From: Candidatus Nomurabacteria bacterium
GTDB taxonomy: Bacteria > Patescibacteriota > Minisyncoccia > Phycocordibacterales > UBA9973
DNA length: 64,000 nt
Assembly (NCBI GenBank): GCA_026395955.1
Contig: JAPLXR010000007.1
Location: forward strand, 65,957-129,956
Direction of reading: 5' to 3'
Positions 1 to 9,106 of the stretch are shown here, in pieces (position 1 is the stretch's first letter; every line of letters starts with the position of its first letter). Under the pieces are notes generated by a model that was not told where the DNA came from, ran no database searches, and saw only the letters and a program-made list of their open reading frames with translations. The position numbers and the translations under genes were made by a program.

Positions 1-74
1 TAGATGCAGGAGCAGCAGCTCTAATATTACAAAGATATTTAGATAAAAATAATAAATTATTAGAAAAGAAATAA
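1..74 (+). CDS. ruvX: 3' end of RuvX/YqgF family resolvase-like protein (partial)
   Basis: Frame from nt 3 reads DAGAAALILQRYLDKNNKLLEKK*, matching the YqgF C-terminal DxxAAxxILQxYLD motif. Confidence 0.75.
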   Translation, partial: DAGAAALILQRYLDKNNKLLEKK

Positions 75-79
75 ACAAT

Positions 80-415
80 ATGGAAAAAATTACTTTTGAA
101 GAATTTAAAAAAGTTGATATTGCTGTCGGAAAAATTTTATCAGTAGAAAAAGTTCCTGATACAGACAAGCTTCTAAAGCTAGAAGTCGATATGGGAGAAG
201 AAAAACCAAGACAAATTGTTTCTGGTATTTCTACTTATTTCCCTGAGCATTCTGTTTTGGTCGGGAAGAAGTGTATGTTTGTTGCCAATCTAGAACCTCG
301 TACTATTCGTGGACTTGAGAGTAATGGGATGATATTGGCTGTTTCTACAGAGGATGGAAAATTTTCTCTACTCGAACCAAATGATGAAATACCAGCAGGA
401 ACTCGTGCAAAATAA
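80..415 (+). CDS. tRNA-binding OB-fold protein (Trbp111/CsaA/MetRS C-terminal-like)
   Basis: ITFEEFKKVDIAVGKI, DKLLKL, RQIVSGI, NLEPR..G..SNGMIL motifs. Confidence 0.9.
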   Translation: MEKITFEEFKKVDIAVGKILSVEKVPDTDKLLKLEVDMGEEKPRQIVSGISTYFPEHSVLVGKKCMFVANLEPRTIRGLESNGMILAVSTEDGKFSLLEPNDEIPAGTRAK

Positions 416-423
416 ATTATAGA

Positions 424-1014
424 ATGCATTTTTTTGACATTATCCCTTTAATAAAAACTTTCGGATTAGCAGGAATATTCCTAGCTGTTTTTGCTGAGTC
501 AGGACTTTTTTTTGGTTTTTTCTTACCAGGAGACTCTTTGCTTTTTACTGCCGGAGTTTTTGCTTCTGCTGGATATTTAAATTTCTCCTTTTTGTTTTTA
601 GGAGCATTTATTTGTGCCTTTCTCGGTGACACTGTAGGGTATTGGACTGGCAAGAAATTTGGTCAAAAAATATTTTCACGACCAGATTCATTTTTCTTTA
701 ATAAAAAGAACTTAGATAAAACTCAAAAATTTTATGATAAATATGGAAAAAAGACTGTAACCATAGCACGTTTCGTACCTATTGTTCGTACTTTTGCTCC
801 TATTATGGCTGGTACAGCACAGATGAAGTATAAAGACTTTTTATCTTTTAATATCCTTGGAGGATTTTTTTGGACTAGTATTATGCTACTAACTGGATAC
901 TTTTTAGGTCATTCTATTAAAAACATCGACACTTACATTTTACCTATAACGGGTTTGATAATCTTCATTTCTATTGTTCCAATAATAGTTGGATTTTTAA
1001 ATTCTAAAAAGTAA
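424..1014 (+). CDS. DedA/VTT family membrane protein
   Basis: FAESGL..GFFLPGDSLLF and ARFVPIVRTFAP motifs. Confidence 0.95.
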   Translation: MHFFDIIPLIKTFGLAGIFLAVFAESGLFFGFFLPGDSLLFTAGVFASAGYLNFSFLFLGAFICAFLGDTVGYWTGKKFGQKIFSRPDSFFFNKKNLDKTQKFYDKYGKKTVTIARFVPIVRTFAPIMAGTAQMKYKDFLSFNILGGFFWTSIMLLTGYFLGHSIKNIDTYILPITGLIIFISIVPIIVGFLNSKK

Positions 1015-1056
1015 TATTTTTTGTAATAAATTTTACTACAGGGTATAATATAATTA

Positions 1057-2130
1057 ATGTTTAAAGGAGCTTATAATAAATTTTTTCCTATACCTAGATT
1101 CATATCTCAACCTTCTTTTGGTTTAGATATTTCTGATGAATCAATAAAATATATTGAAATATTACAAACACATAATGGTTTGCATATTGGTCATTTTGGA
1201 GAAAAGAAAATACCACCAGGAGTTATTTCTTCAGGGAAAATTACCAACTCAACATTATTAAAAGAAGTTCTTCTGTCTATTAAAAAAGAGGAAGGCATGA
1301 AATCTGTTAGAGTCTCTCTTCCAGAAGAACAGGTATATCTTTTTAAGATAAATGTTCCAAAAGAGAAAAATACAAACATACGTGAAGTTATAGAACTTTC
1401 TTTAGAAGGATATGTTCCTATACCTCCATCTGAAATTATTTTTGACTATGAAATATATAACGAAGATGAAGATATTTTTGAGGTGCAAGTTTCAGCCGTG
1501 CCAAAACAAGTGGTTGAAAGTTACATTTCTGTTTTTAAAGATTGCAATTTAAATGTACCCTCTTTTGAATTAGAAGCACAAGCTGCAGCGAGAGCTTTGA
1601 TTAAAAAAGATGATATGGAAACTTATATGATTGTAGATTTTGGTAATGAACGTACAGGTCTATCTATTATCAGTAAAGGATTAGTTGTTTTTGCTTCAAC
1701 TTTGGACGTGGGTGGTGTAATGCTTACTAAACTTATTGAAAAAGATTTTAAAATAAGCTTCGCTGAAGCAGAACAAGTAAAATTAAAATATGGTTTGACT
1801 CGCAATGTAGATAAAAAAGATGTTTTTTCTGTGCTTTTAAATGGCGTTTCAATTTTACGTGACGAGATAGATAAGAATTTTATATATTGGCATACACATA
1901 AAGATGAAAATGGTAAAGATAGACCTGAAATAAAAAAAATTCTCCTTTGTGGTGGAGATTCAAATTTGATAGGCTTGGTAGAGTATCTATCTATTACAAT
2001 GCATCAAAAGGTCGAAATGGCAGATGTTTGGAGTAATATTGTTTCTCATGAAAAATACATACCAACTATGTCTTTTGAAGAGTCTCTTAGTTATTCTACT
2101 GCAATAGGTTTAGCGTTAGGTGATTTGTAA
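1057..2130 (+). CDS. pilM: Type IV pilus assembly protein PilM
   Basis: Actin-like GLDISD..IK, VDFG..RT, LCGGDS and C-terminal AIGLAL motifs; heads a pilMNO-like run. Confidence 0.9.
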   Translation: MFKGAYNKFFPIPRFISQPSFGLDISDESIKYIEILQTHNGLHIGHFGEKKIPPGVISSGKITNSTLLKEVLLSIKKEEGMKSVRVSLPEEQVYLFKINVPKEKNTNIREVIELSLEGYVPIPPSEIIFDYEIYNEDEDIFEVQVSAVPKQVVESYISVFKDCNLNVPSFELEAQAAARALIKKDDMETYMIVDFGNERTGLSIISKGLVVFASTLDVGGVMLTKLIEKDFKISFAEAEQVKLKYGLTRNVDKKDVFSVLLNGVSILRDEIDKNFIYWHTHKDENGKDRPEIKKILLCGGDSNLIGLVEYLSITMHQKVEMADVWSNIVSHEKYIPTMSFEESLSYSTAIGLALGDL

Positions 2131-2137
2131 TATTATT

Positions 2138-2680
2138 ATGATAAATTTACTTCCAACAGAAGAAAAGAAAAGAATATTAAATGAGTATCGTTTTCGTGTT
2201 TTAACTTTTTCCTTTTACATGATTGGAGTTTGTTTTTGTATAGCAGGAATAGCATTACTACCTTCTTATTTCCTTGTTTCTTTAAAAGAGAATATCGCAA
2301 ATCAAAAATTTATATATATTACTAGTTTGCCTGTATCACAGCCAGACAAAGAAACAATGGGTGTTATAAAAGATATAAATACTAAGATTTCTACTATTAA
2401 TGATATAGAAACTAAAAAATTCTTGGTTTTAGAAAATGCTTTTGATCAAGTTATATTACAAAAAATGCCAGATATAAAAATAATAGAACTTGGTTTTAAT
2501 ATTAATAAAGATGGTGCAAAAGAAATAAGTGTTAGAGGTTTTGCGCCAAATCGTGAAAGATTGTTGATCTTTAGACAAGCATTAGAGTCTGATTCTTCGT
2601 TTGTAAAGGTTGATTTGCCAATTTCAAATTTCGTAAAAGAGAAGAATATTAATTTTAATTTAACTCTTATTTCTGCTTAA
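2138..2680 (+). CDS. pilN: PilN-like protein
   Basis: N-terminal INLLP motif followed by one TM helix; follows pilM; ATG at 2138. Confidence 0.85.
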   Translation: MINLLPTEEKKRILNEYRFRVLTFSFYMIGVCFCIAGIALLPSYFLVSLKENIANQKFIYITSLPVSQPDKETMGVIKDINTKISTINDIETKKFLVLENAFDQVILQKMPDIKIIELGFNINKDGAKEISVRGFAPNRERLLIFRQALESDSSFVKVDLPISNFVKEKNINFNLTLISA

Positions 2681-2683
2681 CAT

Positions 2684-3229
2684 ATGAAAGATAAAAATAA
2701 AATTTTTATAAAGATATTCATGGCACTGATATTCAACGCTGTTTTTGTTGGTAGTTTCTTTTATATATACAATAATATAAATACTAAAAATCAAAATGCC
2801 ACAGATCTGACAGAGCAAGTAAAAACAGAATCAATTCGTCGTGGAAAAATAAGTTCACTTAATTCTGAAATAAAATCTATAACAAGAGAAAGAGAAAAAT
2901 TGCAAAGTCATTTTGCTAAATCTTCAGACATTGTTTCTTTTTTAGACAATTTACAGTCTATGGCTACTTCTGTCGGTGCTACAGCTGAGGTTTCTACTCT
3001 GGGCTTATCAAAAGAAGGTGTTGGTCTAGACGTAGAAATGAAAGCAACAGGATCTTTTATTTCCTTACATAAGCTCTTGGCCTTATTAGAAAATTCACAG
3101 TATCAGCTTAGTTTTTCATCGATAAGATTTGATACAACTGTTTCAAATAACGCGAGTGGTGCTATTGATACTGTCACAGGGAAATGGAGTGCTGTTTTTG
3201 ATTTAACATTGTTATCTTTTGAGAATTAA
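2684..3229 (+). CDS. pilO: PilO-like protein
   Basis: N-terminal TM, coiled coil, G-S-F..L..LL..LEN motif; position after pilN. Confidence 0.75.
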   Translation: MKDKNKIFIKIFMALIFNAVFVGSFFYIYNNINTKNQNATDLTEQVKTESIRRGKISSLNSEIKSITREREKLQSHFAKSSDIVSFLDNLQSMATSVGATAEVSTLGLSKEGVGLDVEMKATGSFISLHKLLALLENSQYQLSFSSIRFDTTVSNNASGAIDTVTGKWSAVFDLTLLSFEN

Positions 3230-3234
3230 AATAT

Positions 3235-3561
3235 ATGGACTTAAAATCTTTAAAATTAAAATTAAAAAGTAAAACAAAATTTAGTAGTAAAAAAGAATTT
3301 ACTCTAAATTCTAGACTTCATTGGGATATAATACTTTATATTTCTGGTTTACTAGTAGTTGCAGCTTTAGTTTTTGGTTTTTATTTCTTTATGCAAGCAA
3401 ACAATGATTTAGACTCTTTGGATTCTGAAACAATTGCTTCAAAAATAGAAACTTTAAATAAAAATAAAATACAAAAAGTATTGGATATGTTCTCTGGAAG
3501 AGAACAGAAATCAATAGAAATATTAAATTCTGCTACTACAACACCAGATCCTTCTATATAG
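3235..3561 (+). CDS. Single-TM pilus-cluster protein (PilP position)
   Basis: One TM helix, C-terminal DPS; fourth gene of the pil run. Confidence 0.6.
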   Translation: MDLKSLKLKLKSKTKFSSKKEFTLNSRLHWDIILYISGLLVVAALVFGFYFFMQANNDLDSLDSETIASKIETLNKNKIQKVLDMFSGREQKSIEILNSATTTPDPSI

Positions 3562-3594
3562 ATTTATTGAAAATTATAGTCTATAATCATAGGC

Positions 3595-4281
3595 ATGGAG
3601 AATCCACCTAAAAAACAAACTTTCAAGTTAGAAAAAGTTCAAAAAATAGTTGAAAATAAAGCCACAGAAGATTTGTTGGCTTGTCTTGATGTGCTCGAGC
3701 TTCGAGCTGTTTCTATTGGAGAGGGTGGTAATGCTGAAGTTTTAATTGCTGAAGGAACGCCTTTTGAAAAAGTTTGTTTAAAAAGAATAAAAAATAAGCA
3801 ACAAATACTTTGTAATGAAATTGATGAAGAAAATAAATTTCAAATAAAAGCTCAAGAAGCTGGTGTTCGTACACCTTTGCCTTTAATGTCTTTAAAGACA
3901 GATAAAGGAGATTGTTTCCTTATGGAAAGAATTGAGGGTTATTCAATGAAAGATATAATTGAAAAACCAGAACGTTTACCGAAGAAATTTAAATATAATG
4001 TTTTTTTTAATTCTTTAAAAGAACAAATCGATTTGATGCATAAAACTGGAATCTATCACAGAGATCTGCATTGGGGTAATGTTATGGTAGATAAAAAGGG
4101 TTTGCCTGTAATTATTGATTTTGGAACTGCTATTTATGGTACAGGTAGTGATTCTACTTACGAGGAAAGTGCTACTGTCTACAATGAAAACCTAAAACGT
4201 TACGAGTTAAGATCTGGTATATTTATTGATGATTTAGTTAGTTTTAAAAATCTTAGTGAACAATTTAAAAGTTTTATGTAA
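3595..4281 (+). CDS. Protein-kinase-like (RIO/Bud32/Kdo-type) kinase
   Basis: IGEGGNAEV glycine loop, HRDLHWGNVM catalytic loop, IIDFG. Confidence 0.85.
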   Translation: MENPPKKQTFKLEKVQKIVENKATEDLLACLDVLELRAVSIGEGGNAEVLIAEGTPFEKVCLKRIKNKQQILCNEIDEENKFQIKAQEAGVRTPLPLMSLKTDKGDCFLMERIEGYSMKDIIEKPERLPKKFKYNVFFNSLKEQIDLMHKTGIYHRDLHWGNVMVDKKGLPVIIDFGTAIYGTGSDSTYEESATVYNENLKRYELRSGIFIDDLVSFKNLSEQFKSFM

Positions 4282-4285
4282 ATTT

Positions 4286-4495
4286 ATGTTAATAAATCCA
4301 AAAATAAAAGAAATAGTTTTTGATAGATATCAGGAACTTAAAAAAGAAAATAAGATGGAAGACATTTTTAACGAAGAATCTTTTGGGGGTTTAAGAATTT
4401 TTATTAATAAAAAACCAAAATATTCATTAGCTTCTTTTGAAATAGAAGATAACGATGAAAAGGTAGAAGTTTTTCTCGGTTCAGACACAATATAA
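4286..4495 (+). CDS. Small hypothetical protein
   Basis: ATG 4 nt after the kinase stop; 69 aa. Confidence 0.55.
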   Translation: MLINPKIKEIVFDRYQELKKENKMEDIFNEESFGGLRIFINKKPKYSLASFEIEDNDEKVEVFLGSDTI

Positions 4496-4502
4496 CTTAA
4501 TG

Positions 4503-4574
4503 TGCCTTCGGTAGGAATCGAACCTACATCAAAGCCTTAGAAGAGCTCTGTTCTATCCATTGAACTACGAAGGC
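4503..4574 (-). tRNA. tRNA-Arg(TCT)
   Basis: Cloverleaf GCCTTCG/CGAAGGC, anticodon loop CT-TCT-AA, T-loop TTCGATT. Confidence 0.95.
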
Positions 4575-4589
4575 ATATGGACTTTCTAG

Positions 4590-4662
4590 TGCGCGATACA
4601 GGACTCGAACCTATGACCTTCCCGGTGTAAACGGGTTGCTCTACCAACTGAGCTAATCGCGC
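4590..4662 (-). tRNA. tRNA-Val(TAC)
   Basis: Cloverleaf GCGCGAT/ATCGCGC, loop TT-TAC-AC, T-loop TTCGAGT. Confidence 0.95.
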
Positions 4663-4757
4663 ATATGTATTAAATTTTTGATATTTACCAAAACAGCTAA
4701 TCACGCATATAAATACCTATGCTTGTCATTCTATAACATTTCTAATAAGATTTCAAT

Positions 4758-5570
4758 ATGCTTACAATTTTACACAAAGATAAAGACATTTTAGTCATAA
4801 ATAAACCAGCGGGTATTTCTGTGCATGGTGATGGTAGGAGCGATGTGGAAACTTTGGCAGATTTGATATTGGCGGAATATCCAGAAATGAAAGACGTCGG
4901 TGAACCGATGGAAATAGATATCGGTGGTGGTGAGAAAAAAATAATATATCGTCCTGGAATAGTACATAGACTAGATAAAGACACGAGTGGAGTTTTAATC
5001 TTGGCTCGCAATCAAAAAGCTTATGAATATTTAAAAGAGCAATTTCAAAATAGGGAAGTGAAGAAGACTTATAATACTCTCGTTTATGGAAATATGAAAA
5101 ATGATTTTGGAATTATCGATGCCGGTATCGGACGTAGTCCTAGTGACCCTAGAAAAAAAATTGCTTCACGAGGCAAGACTGGCAAGATTCGTGATGCAGT
5201 AACTGAATATAAAGTTTTGAAAAGAATAGAAGTTCCGTTGTCTCAAAATTTTTCCTCCTGCGCCCTTCCCGCAAAATCCGCGGGTGGGACCCTCGGAGAT
5301 AAAAATTTTGCGACAACTCCACAACAATACACTTGGCTCGAAGTTCATCCTAAAACAGGACGCACACACCAGATCCGTGTACATATGAAATTCTTGAATC
5401 ATCCTGTTGTAGTGGACCAATTATATGCCCCAAAAGACGCTACAGCACCTTTCGGTATTTCCCGCCTTGCACTCCACGCTTCGTCAGTAGAATTTAAAAA
5501 TCTCGCAGGGGAGAGTATCACCGTTTCTGCTCCATTACCTCCAGATTTGGCTAAAATACTAGAAAAATAA
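4758..5570 (+). CDS. RluA/RluD family pseudouridine synthase
   Basis: INKPAG, GIVHRLDKDTSG, TGRTHQIRVH, LHA motifs. Confidence 0.95.
   Translation: MLTILHKDKDILVINKPAGISVHGDGRSDVETLADLILAEYPEMKDVGEPMEIDIGGGEKKIIYRPGIVHRLDKDTSGVLILARNQKAYEYLKEQFQNREVKKTYNTLVYGNMKNDFGIIDAGIGRSPSDPRKKIASRGKTGKIRDAVTEYKVLKRIEVPLSQNFSSCALPAKSAGGTLGDKNFATTPQQYTWLEVHPKTGRTHQIRVHMKFLNHPVVVDQLYAPKDATAPFGISRLALHASSVEFKNLAGESITVSAPLPPDLAKILEK
5237..5317. repeat. 81-nt palindromic element inserted in frame in the pseudouridine synthase gene
   Basis: Imperfect terminal IR gttgtctcaaaattttt / aaaaattttgcgacaac around a GC-rich core. Confidence 0.75.
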
Positions 5571-5599
5571 GACCTGTTTTAGGTCTTATTTTTCTAGTA
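5557..5599. terminator. 19-bp perfect inverted repeat overlapping the rluA stop
   Basis: tactagaaaaataagacct-gtttt-aggtcttatttttctagta. Confidence 0.6.
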
Positions 5600-5607
5600 A
5601 CATAGAC

Positions 5608-5777
5608 TTGACTTTTATAGCAAGTGTGTGCTATACTTGTATTTGTATAAGGTTCATTGAAAATAGTTTTTAAAACTTATTTTAACTACGAGTTCGGCAT
5701 TTTGGACGGTATATTTTAGTTTCCAAAATACCGACCTCGTATAAAAACGTTGAAATTCGGTATAAAAACAAAATAAA
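5608..5777 (+). promoter_or_regulatory. Sigma70 promoter plus structured leader with boxA-like motif
   Basis: TTGACT-18-TATACT with extended TG, gttcattgaaaa, long hairpin 5687-5741. Confidence 0.65.
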
Positions 5778-6716
5778 ATGAAAAAAACAATTTTCTTAGC
5801 AATCGGCATTTTAATGCTGACAATGAATTCTTGTATGGGTCCGTACAAACAACAAAAATGGGTAAATGTAGGTACAAATGAAACAGCTTTTATGATTCCG
5901 CTTGAGCAGGGTACAAAAGATGGGCAGAAGATGCTTAAATCAGTTGATTACCTGGAACAAAAAAAAGTGGCAACGAAAAGAGTGTACATTGACCAGATAC
6001 AAATCAGTACTGGTCGTATGTGGGATGATTACAAATATATCCCTACTGACACTGTGGTTATTGTTCATCGTTCTCCGGTTACCAGAGAGTGGACAAAAGA
6101 AGCTGGAACTGGAACAACTCACGAAAATCAGGTTTTAAATGTTGAGTCAAAAGAATCAATTGGATTTGATGTTCCGGTTAACTGTACAGGATCTGTTTTA
6201 GAAGAAGATGCATCAACATTTTTATACCATTTTGGTGGTCAAACTATTGAATATGTTATGGATCACAATGTGAGACCATATATACTCGATGTTTTAACAA
6301 CTGAATTTGGTTCACGTAACCTGGATAAATGCCAATCTGACAGAAAAGCAGTGTATGATGCAATGAAAGAAAGAACTGTTAAGTTCTTTAAAGATTTTGG
6401 TCTTACAATTATTAATCTTGGTGCTGCTGGTCAATTTGTTTATACAGATCAGACAATCCAAACTTCAATTAATGGTAAGTTCATATCAGAAATGAAGATT
6501 GCTACTGCTGAAAATGAAGTTGAGTCGGCTCGTAAATTTGCTGCTGCAGCAGATGTTATTAAGAAACAAAAAGATCTTGATGCTGATATAGCAATTAAAC
6601 ACGCTTTGGCTAGTGCTTTGGAAAATGGCAAGCTTACATGGCCTAATACACTTGTTATGGGGAAAGAAGGTACTATTATGGATATATGGGCTGCTAAGAA
6701 CTTAAATACAAAATAA
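5778..6716 (+). CDS. SPFH/band-7 domain putative lipoprotein
   Basis: Signal peptide ending MNSC; SPFH-like core (VESKESIGFDVP..., GLTIINLG) and C-terminal Ala/Lys coiled coil. Confidence 0.7.
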   Translation: MKKTIFLAIGILMLTMNSCMGPYKQQKWVNVGTNETAFMIPLEQGTKDGQKMLKSVDYLEQKKVATKRVYIDQIQISTGRMWDDYKYIPTDTVVIVHRSPVTREWTKEAGTGTTHENQVLNVESKESIGFDVPVNCTGSVLEEDASTFLYHFGGQTIEYVMDHNVRPYILDVLTTEFGSRNLDKCQSDRKAVYDAMKERTVKFFKDFGLTIINLGAAGQFVYTDQTIQTSINGKFISEMKIATAENEVESARKFAAAADVIKKQKDLDADIAIKHALASALENGKLTWPNTLVMGKEGTIMDIWAAKNLNTK

Positions 6717-6718
6717 CA

Positions 6719-7012
6719 ATGGAAGAAAAAAAAATTGTTAAAAGGCCCGGATTGAAAACGTTTTTTTATATCCTTTCTATGATTGTATGGACAGGATTGT
6801 ATGAATTAGCGCAGTACCTAATTGGTATGTACTATTCGGTACAAATTGCTCCAGAGCAATTTAGTGAAGATGGTTCATATCAGTGGTTGAAGGTTCGATC
6901 ACAGATTGATTCAGCTGTATGGTGGATTTACATTTTTGTTTTAATTTTTCTTATATTTCTTTTGCTAAGAATGTGGGTAAAAGTTGGAAAACAGAAAATG
7001 GACGAAGAATAA
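6719..7012 (+). CDS. Two-TM hypothetical protein
   Basis: Two hydrophobic helices; starts 2 nt after the SPFH gene. Confidence 0.7.
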   Translation: MEEKKIVKRPGLKTFFYILSMIVWTGLYELAQYLIGMYYSVQIAPEQFSEDGSYQWLKVRSQIDSAVWWIYIFVLIFLIFLLLRMWVKVGKQKMDEE

Positions 7013-7036
7013 AATTTGTAGGTTTTAAAAACCTTC

Positions 7037-7066
7037 AGACCTCTACTAGGTAGAGGTCTTTTTTAT
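7037..7066 (+). terminator. Intrinsic terminator
   Basis: agacctctac-tag-gtagaggtct followed by a T-tract. Confidence 0.8.
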
Positions 7067-7085
7067 TTTAAATTTTAAGTAAAAT

Positions 7086-7120
7086 AAAATCCCCTTTCAT
7101 TTTTTTGAAAGGGGATTTTT
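7086..7120. terminator. Bidirectional terminator
   Basis: aaaatcccctttca / tgaaaggggatttt hairpin between convergent genes. Confidence 0.75.
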
Positions 7121-7128
7121 GATTTTAA

Positions 7129-7584
7129 TTATCGTTTCCTGACAGGGGTTCCAACAAAGAATAGATTTGCAGCATTTCGCCGACCATCATCTGCGGATCC
7201 TTTGTCTTGAACCAAATTAATATAATGCCCTACAACTGCAACAATTTTTTGATTGTATAGTGATGTTTTTACTGTGTCTGATTCATATATACTCCATGAA
7301 CCAAAATTAGCAGCATCACCAGAAAGATATTCTACTAAGAATTTTGTTTGAGTATCTTTTTCAGGCAATGCGATAGGAGTAAGTCTTTGACCAAGCTGAT
7401 CTTCTAATTTTTCTAAGGAAAGATTCCAAAGAATAACTTCCGTGTTTAAGTACACATCTCGTGTACTGTCTTGAGCTGTTGGTTGTTTTACTGGAGCAGA
7501 TTCTTGTTTTTTTACTTCATCACAACTTGAAATTAAAATTAATGCTATTGCAGCGATAAGGAATTTATATGCTAGTTTTTTCAT
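7129..7584 (-). CDS. Hypothetical lipoprotein
   Basis: MKK-hydrophobic-LISSC lipobox; own TTGACA-17-TAATAT promoter. Confidence 0.7.
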   Translation of the reverse strand: MKKLAYKFLIAAIALILISSCDEVKKQESAPVKQPTAQDSTRDVYLNTEVILWNLSLEKLEDQLGQRLTPIALPEKDTQTKFLVEYLSGDAANFGSWSIYESDTVKTSLYNQKIVAVVGHYINLVQDKGSADDGRRNAANLFFVGTPVRKR

Positions 7585-7721
7585 TTTTCTTACGATTTTT
7601 GTTTATGTTCAATTTATATTTCTGTTCATATATTATCATATTAAAAACTTTATGTCAAACAATCTAACTAATTTTATATTTAATTGCAAAATCTAATGCT
7701 TTGTGTTAGATTATATGAACT

Positions 7722-8147
7722 ATGACAGTAACAAATATAAAACTTAGTCCAGTAGATATGGATGCCCGAAAAAAGCTTGATTTTAAGGCTGGAGACACAG
7801 TTCGTGTGTGGTCAAAGATTCCAGACGAAAAAGCTACAAAAAAGGGTGAAGCTTTAAAATACCGTTCTCAGGCTTTCGAAGGAATCGTTCTTGCTCGTAA
7901 ACACGGCACAGAAATAGGGGGTACTTTTACAGTTCGTAAAGTAGCTAGTAGTGTCGGAGTAGAAAGAATCTTTCCAATCTTTTCTCCAATGATCGACAAA
8001 ATCGAAGTTGTGAAAAAAGCTCGTGCAGGACGCAGTAAACTTTACTACGTACGTACAAAAGCTGTAAAAGATGTTCGCCGTAAACTTCGTTCAGTAGCAA
8101 TGTCTGCAGAACACGAAATGGAACCAGAAGTTACAGAAGAAAAATAA
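7722..8147 (+). CDS. rplS: 50S ribosomal protein L19
   Basis: FKAGDTVRV, RSQAFEG, TFTVRK..GVERIFP, KLYY motifs. Confidence 0.97.
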   Translation: MTVTNIKLSPVDMDARKKLDFKAGDTVRVWSKIPDEKATKKGEALKYRSQAFEGIVLARKHGTEIGGTFTVRKVASSVGVERIFPIFSPMIDKIEVVKKARAGRSKLYYVRTKAVKDVRRKLRSVAMSAEHEMEPEVTEEK

Positions 8148-8216
8148 TTTAAATATATAACAAAGAAGCCCCGAAAGGGGTTTTCTTTTTATCGAAATAT
8201 GATAGTATCAATCCAT

Positions 8217-8264
8217 ACCTCTCTGTCGATTTAAAAATCGACATCTCCCCTAAATTAGGGGAGA
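8217..8264. repeat. REP-like double hairpin (ctcccc/ggggag family)
   Basis: tgtcgattt/aaatcgaca then tctcccctaa/ttaggggaga. Confidence 0.6.
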
Positions 8265-8307
8265 ATTGATAGATAATTAAAATAATAATTTTAATTAAAC
8301 GGTATTT

Positions 8308-8391
8308 GCACGGGTGGCGAAATTGGTAGACGCACTACCTTGAGGTGGTAGCGCCCGCAAGGGCATGGAAGTTCAAATCTTCTCTCGTGCA
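8308..8391 (+). tRNA. tRNA-Leu(GAG)
   Basis: GCACGGG/CTCGTGC acceptor, loop TT-GAG-GT, long variable arm. Confidence 0.95.
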
Positions 8392-8438
8392 CAAATTAAA
8401 AAAGACCCCGACGGGGTCTTTTTTGTGTCCTTTATAAT

Positions 8439-8915
8439 TTATTGATGCAATTTACTCAAGGACCAGAAAACTATTCCAGTCATTATAGAAACTAAACCGA
8501 AAAGGATTATAAGTCCTGAAAATGCATAAGTAATAATACCTAGATTTAATGCTGTAGTTAGGGAAGTAGCTGTAACCCAAATATCACGAGCAGTATTTGC
8601 TGTCATTATTGGTTGTCCTTTAGAATCAAACAAAGAGACACCGTTCTCATCTACCTTTTGAACTTCTCTAGGCATTTCGGCATATGTTTTTCCTCCTGTC
8701 ATTCCTAGAACATGGTGACGAATGATGTCGGCTTGAGCTTTTAGTGTCATCGGACCATCAACTAATTGATTTGGAAGTGCAGAATCAGGCGAAGTCATGA
8801 TCTTTTCTTGTGTTACATTCTTGTGAGTAAACGTTACACCCCAAACTCCACCGACTATCAAGACCATACCTGCAAACATTGCTAAAACAGAAGCTATTTT
8901 TAGAATTTTTTTCAT
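8439..8915 (-). CDS. Conserved two-TM membrane protein of unknown function
   Basis: N- and C-terminal TM helices; GP.T..AQADII..H...TGGKTYAEM motif (a family often auto-annotated 'LigA-like'). Confidence 0.7.
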   Translation of the reverse strand: MKKILKIASVLAMFAGMVLIVGGVWGVTFTHKNVTQEKIMTSPDSALPNQLVDGPMTLKAQADIIRHHVLGMTGGKTYAEMPREVQKVDENGVSLFDSKGQPIMTANTARDIWVTATSLTTALNLGIITYAFSGLIILFGLVSIMTGIVFWSLSKLHQ

Positions 8916-9106
8916 AAAATTTTTTGTTAATTAATAATCTTTTTTTAAAATATAAATTTTTCTAAAAAACCTATATTTTTCGTCAGTTATACACATTGCT
9001 AGAGGTCAGTAATACGCGGTATACTGTCCTCATAGTTGCGAAATTTTGTGACTAATATTATTATATACCTCCATACAAAAATTAGAAAATAAAAAACAAA
9101 AAATAA

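Noticed and set aside
5778-7584. Prophage remnant
   Set aside because: No integrase, structural or replication genes nearby
8439-8915. Aromatic ring-opening dioxygenase LigA annotation
   Set aside because: Two-TM membrane protein without dioxygenase features; the family label is likely a propagated misannotation
8960-9106. NrdR boxes or a second riboswitch upstream of the S-component-nrdJ operon
   Set aside because: No convincing tandem NrdR consensus or B12-box visible by eye
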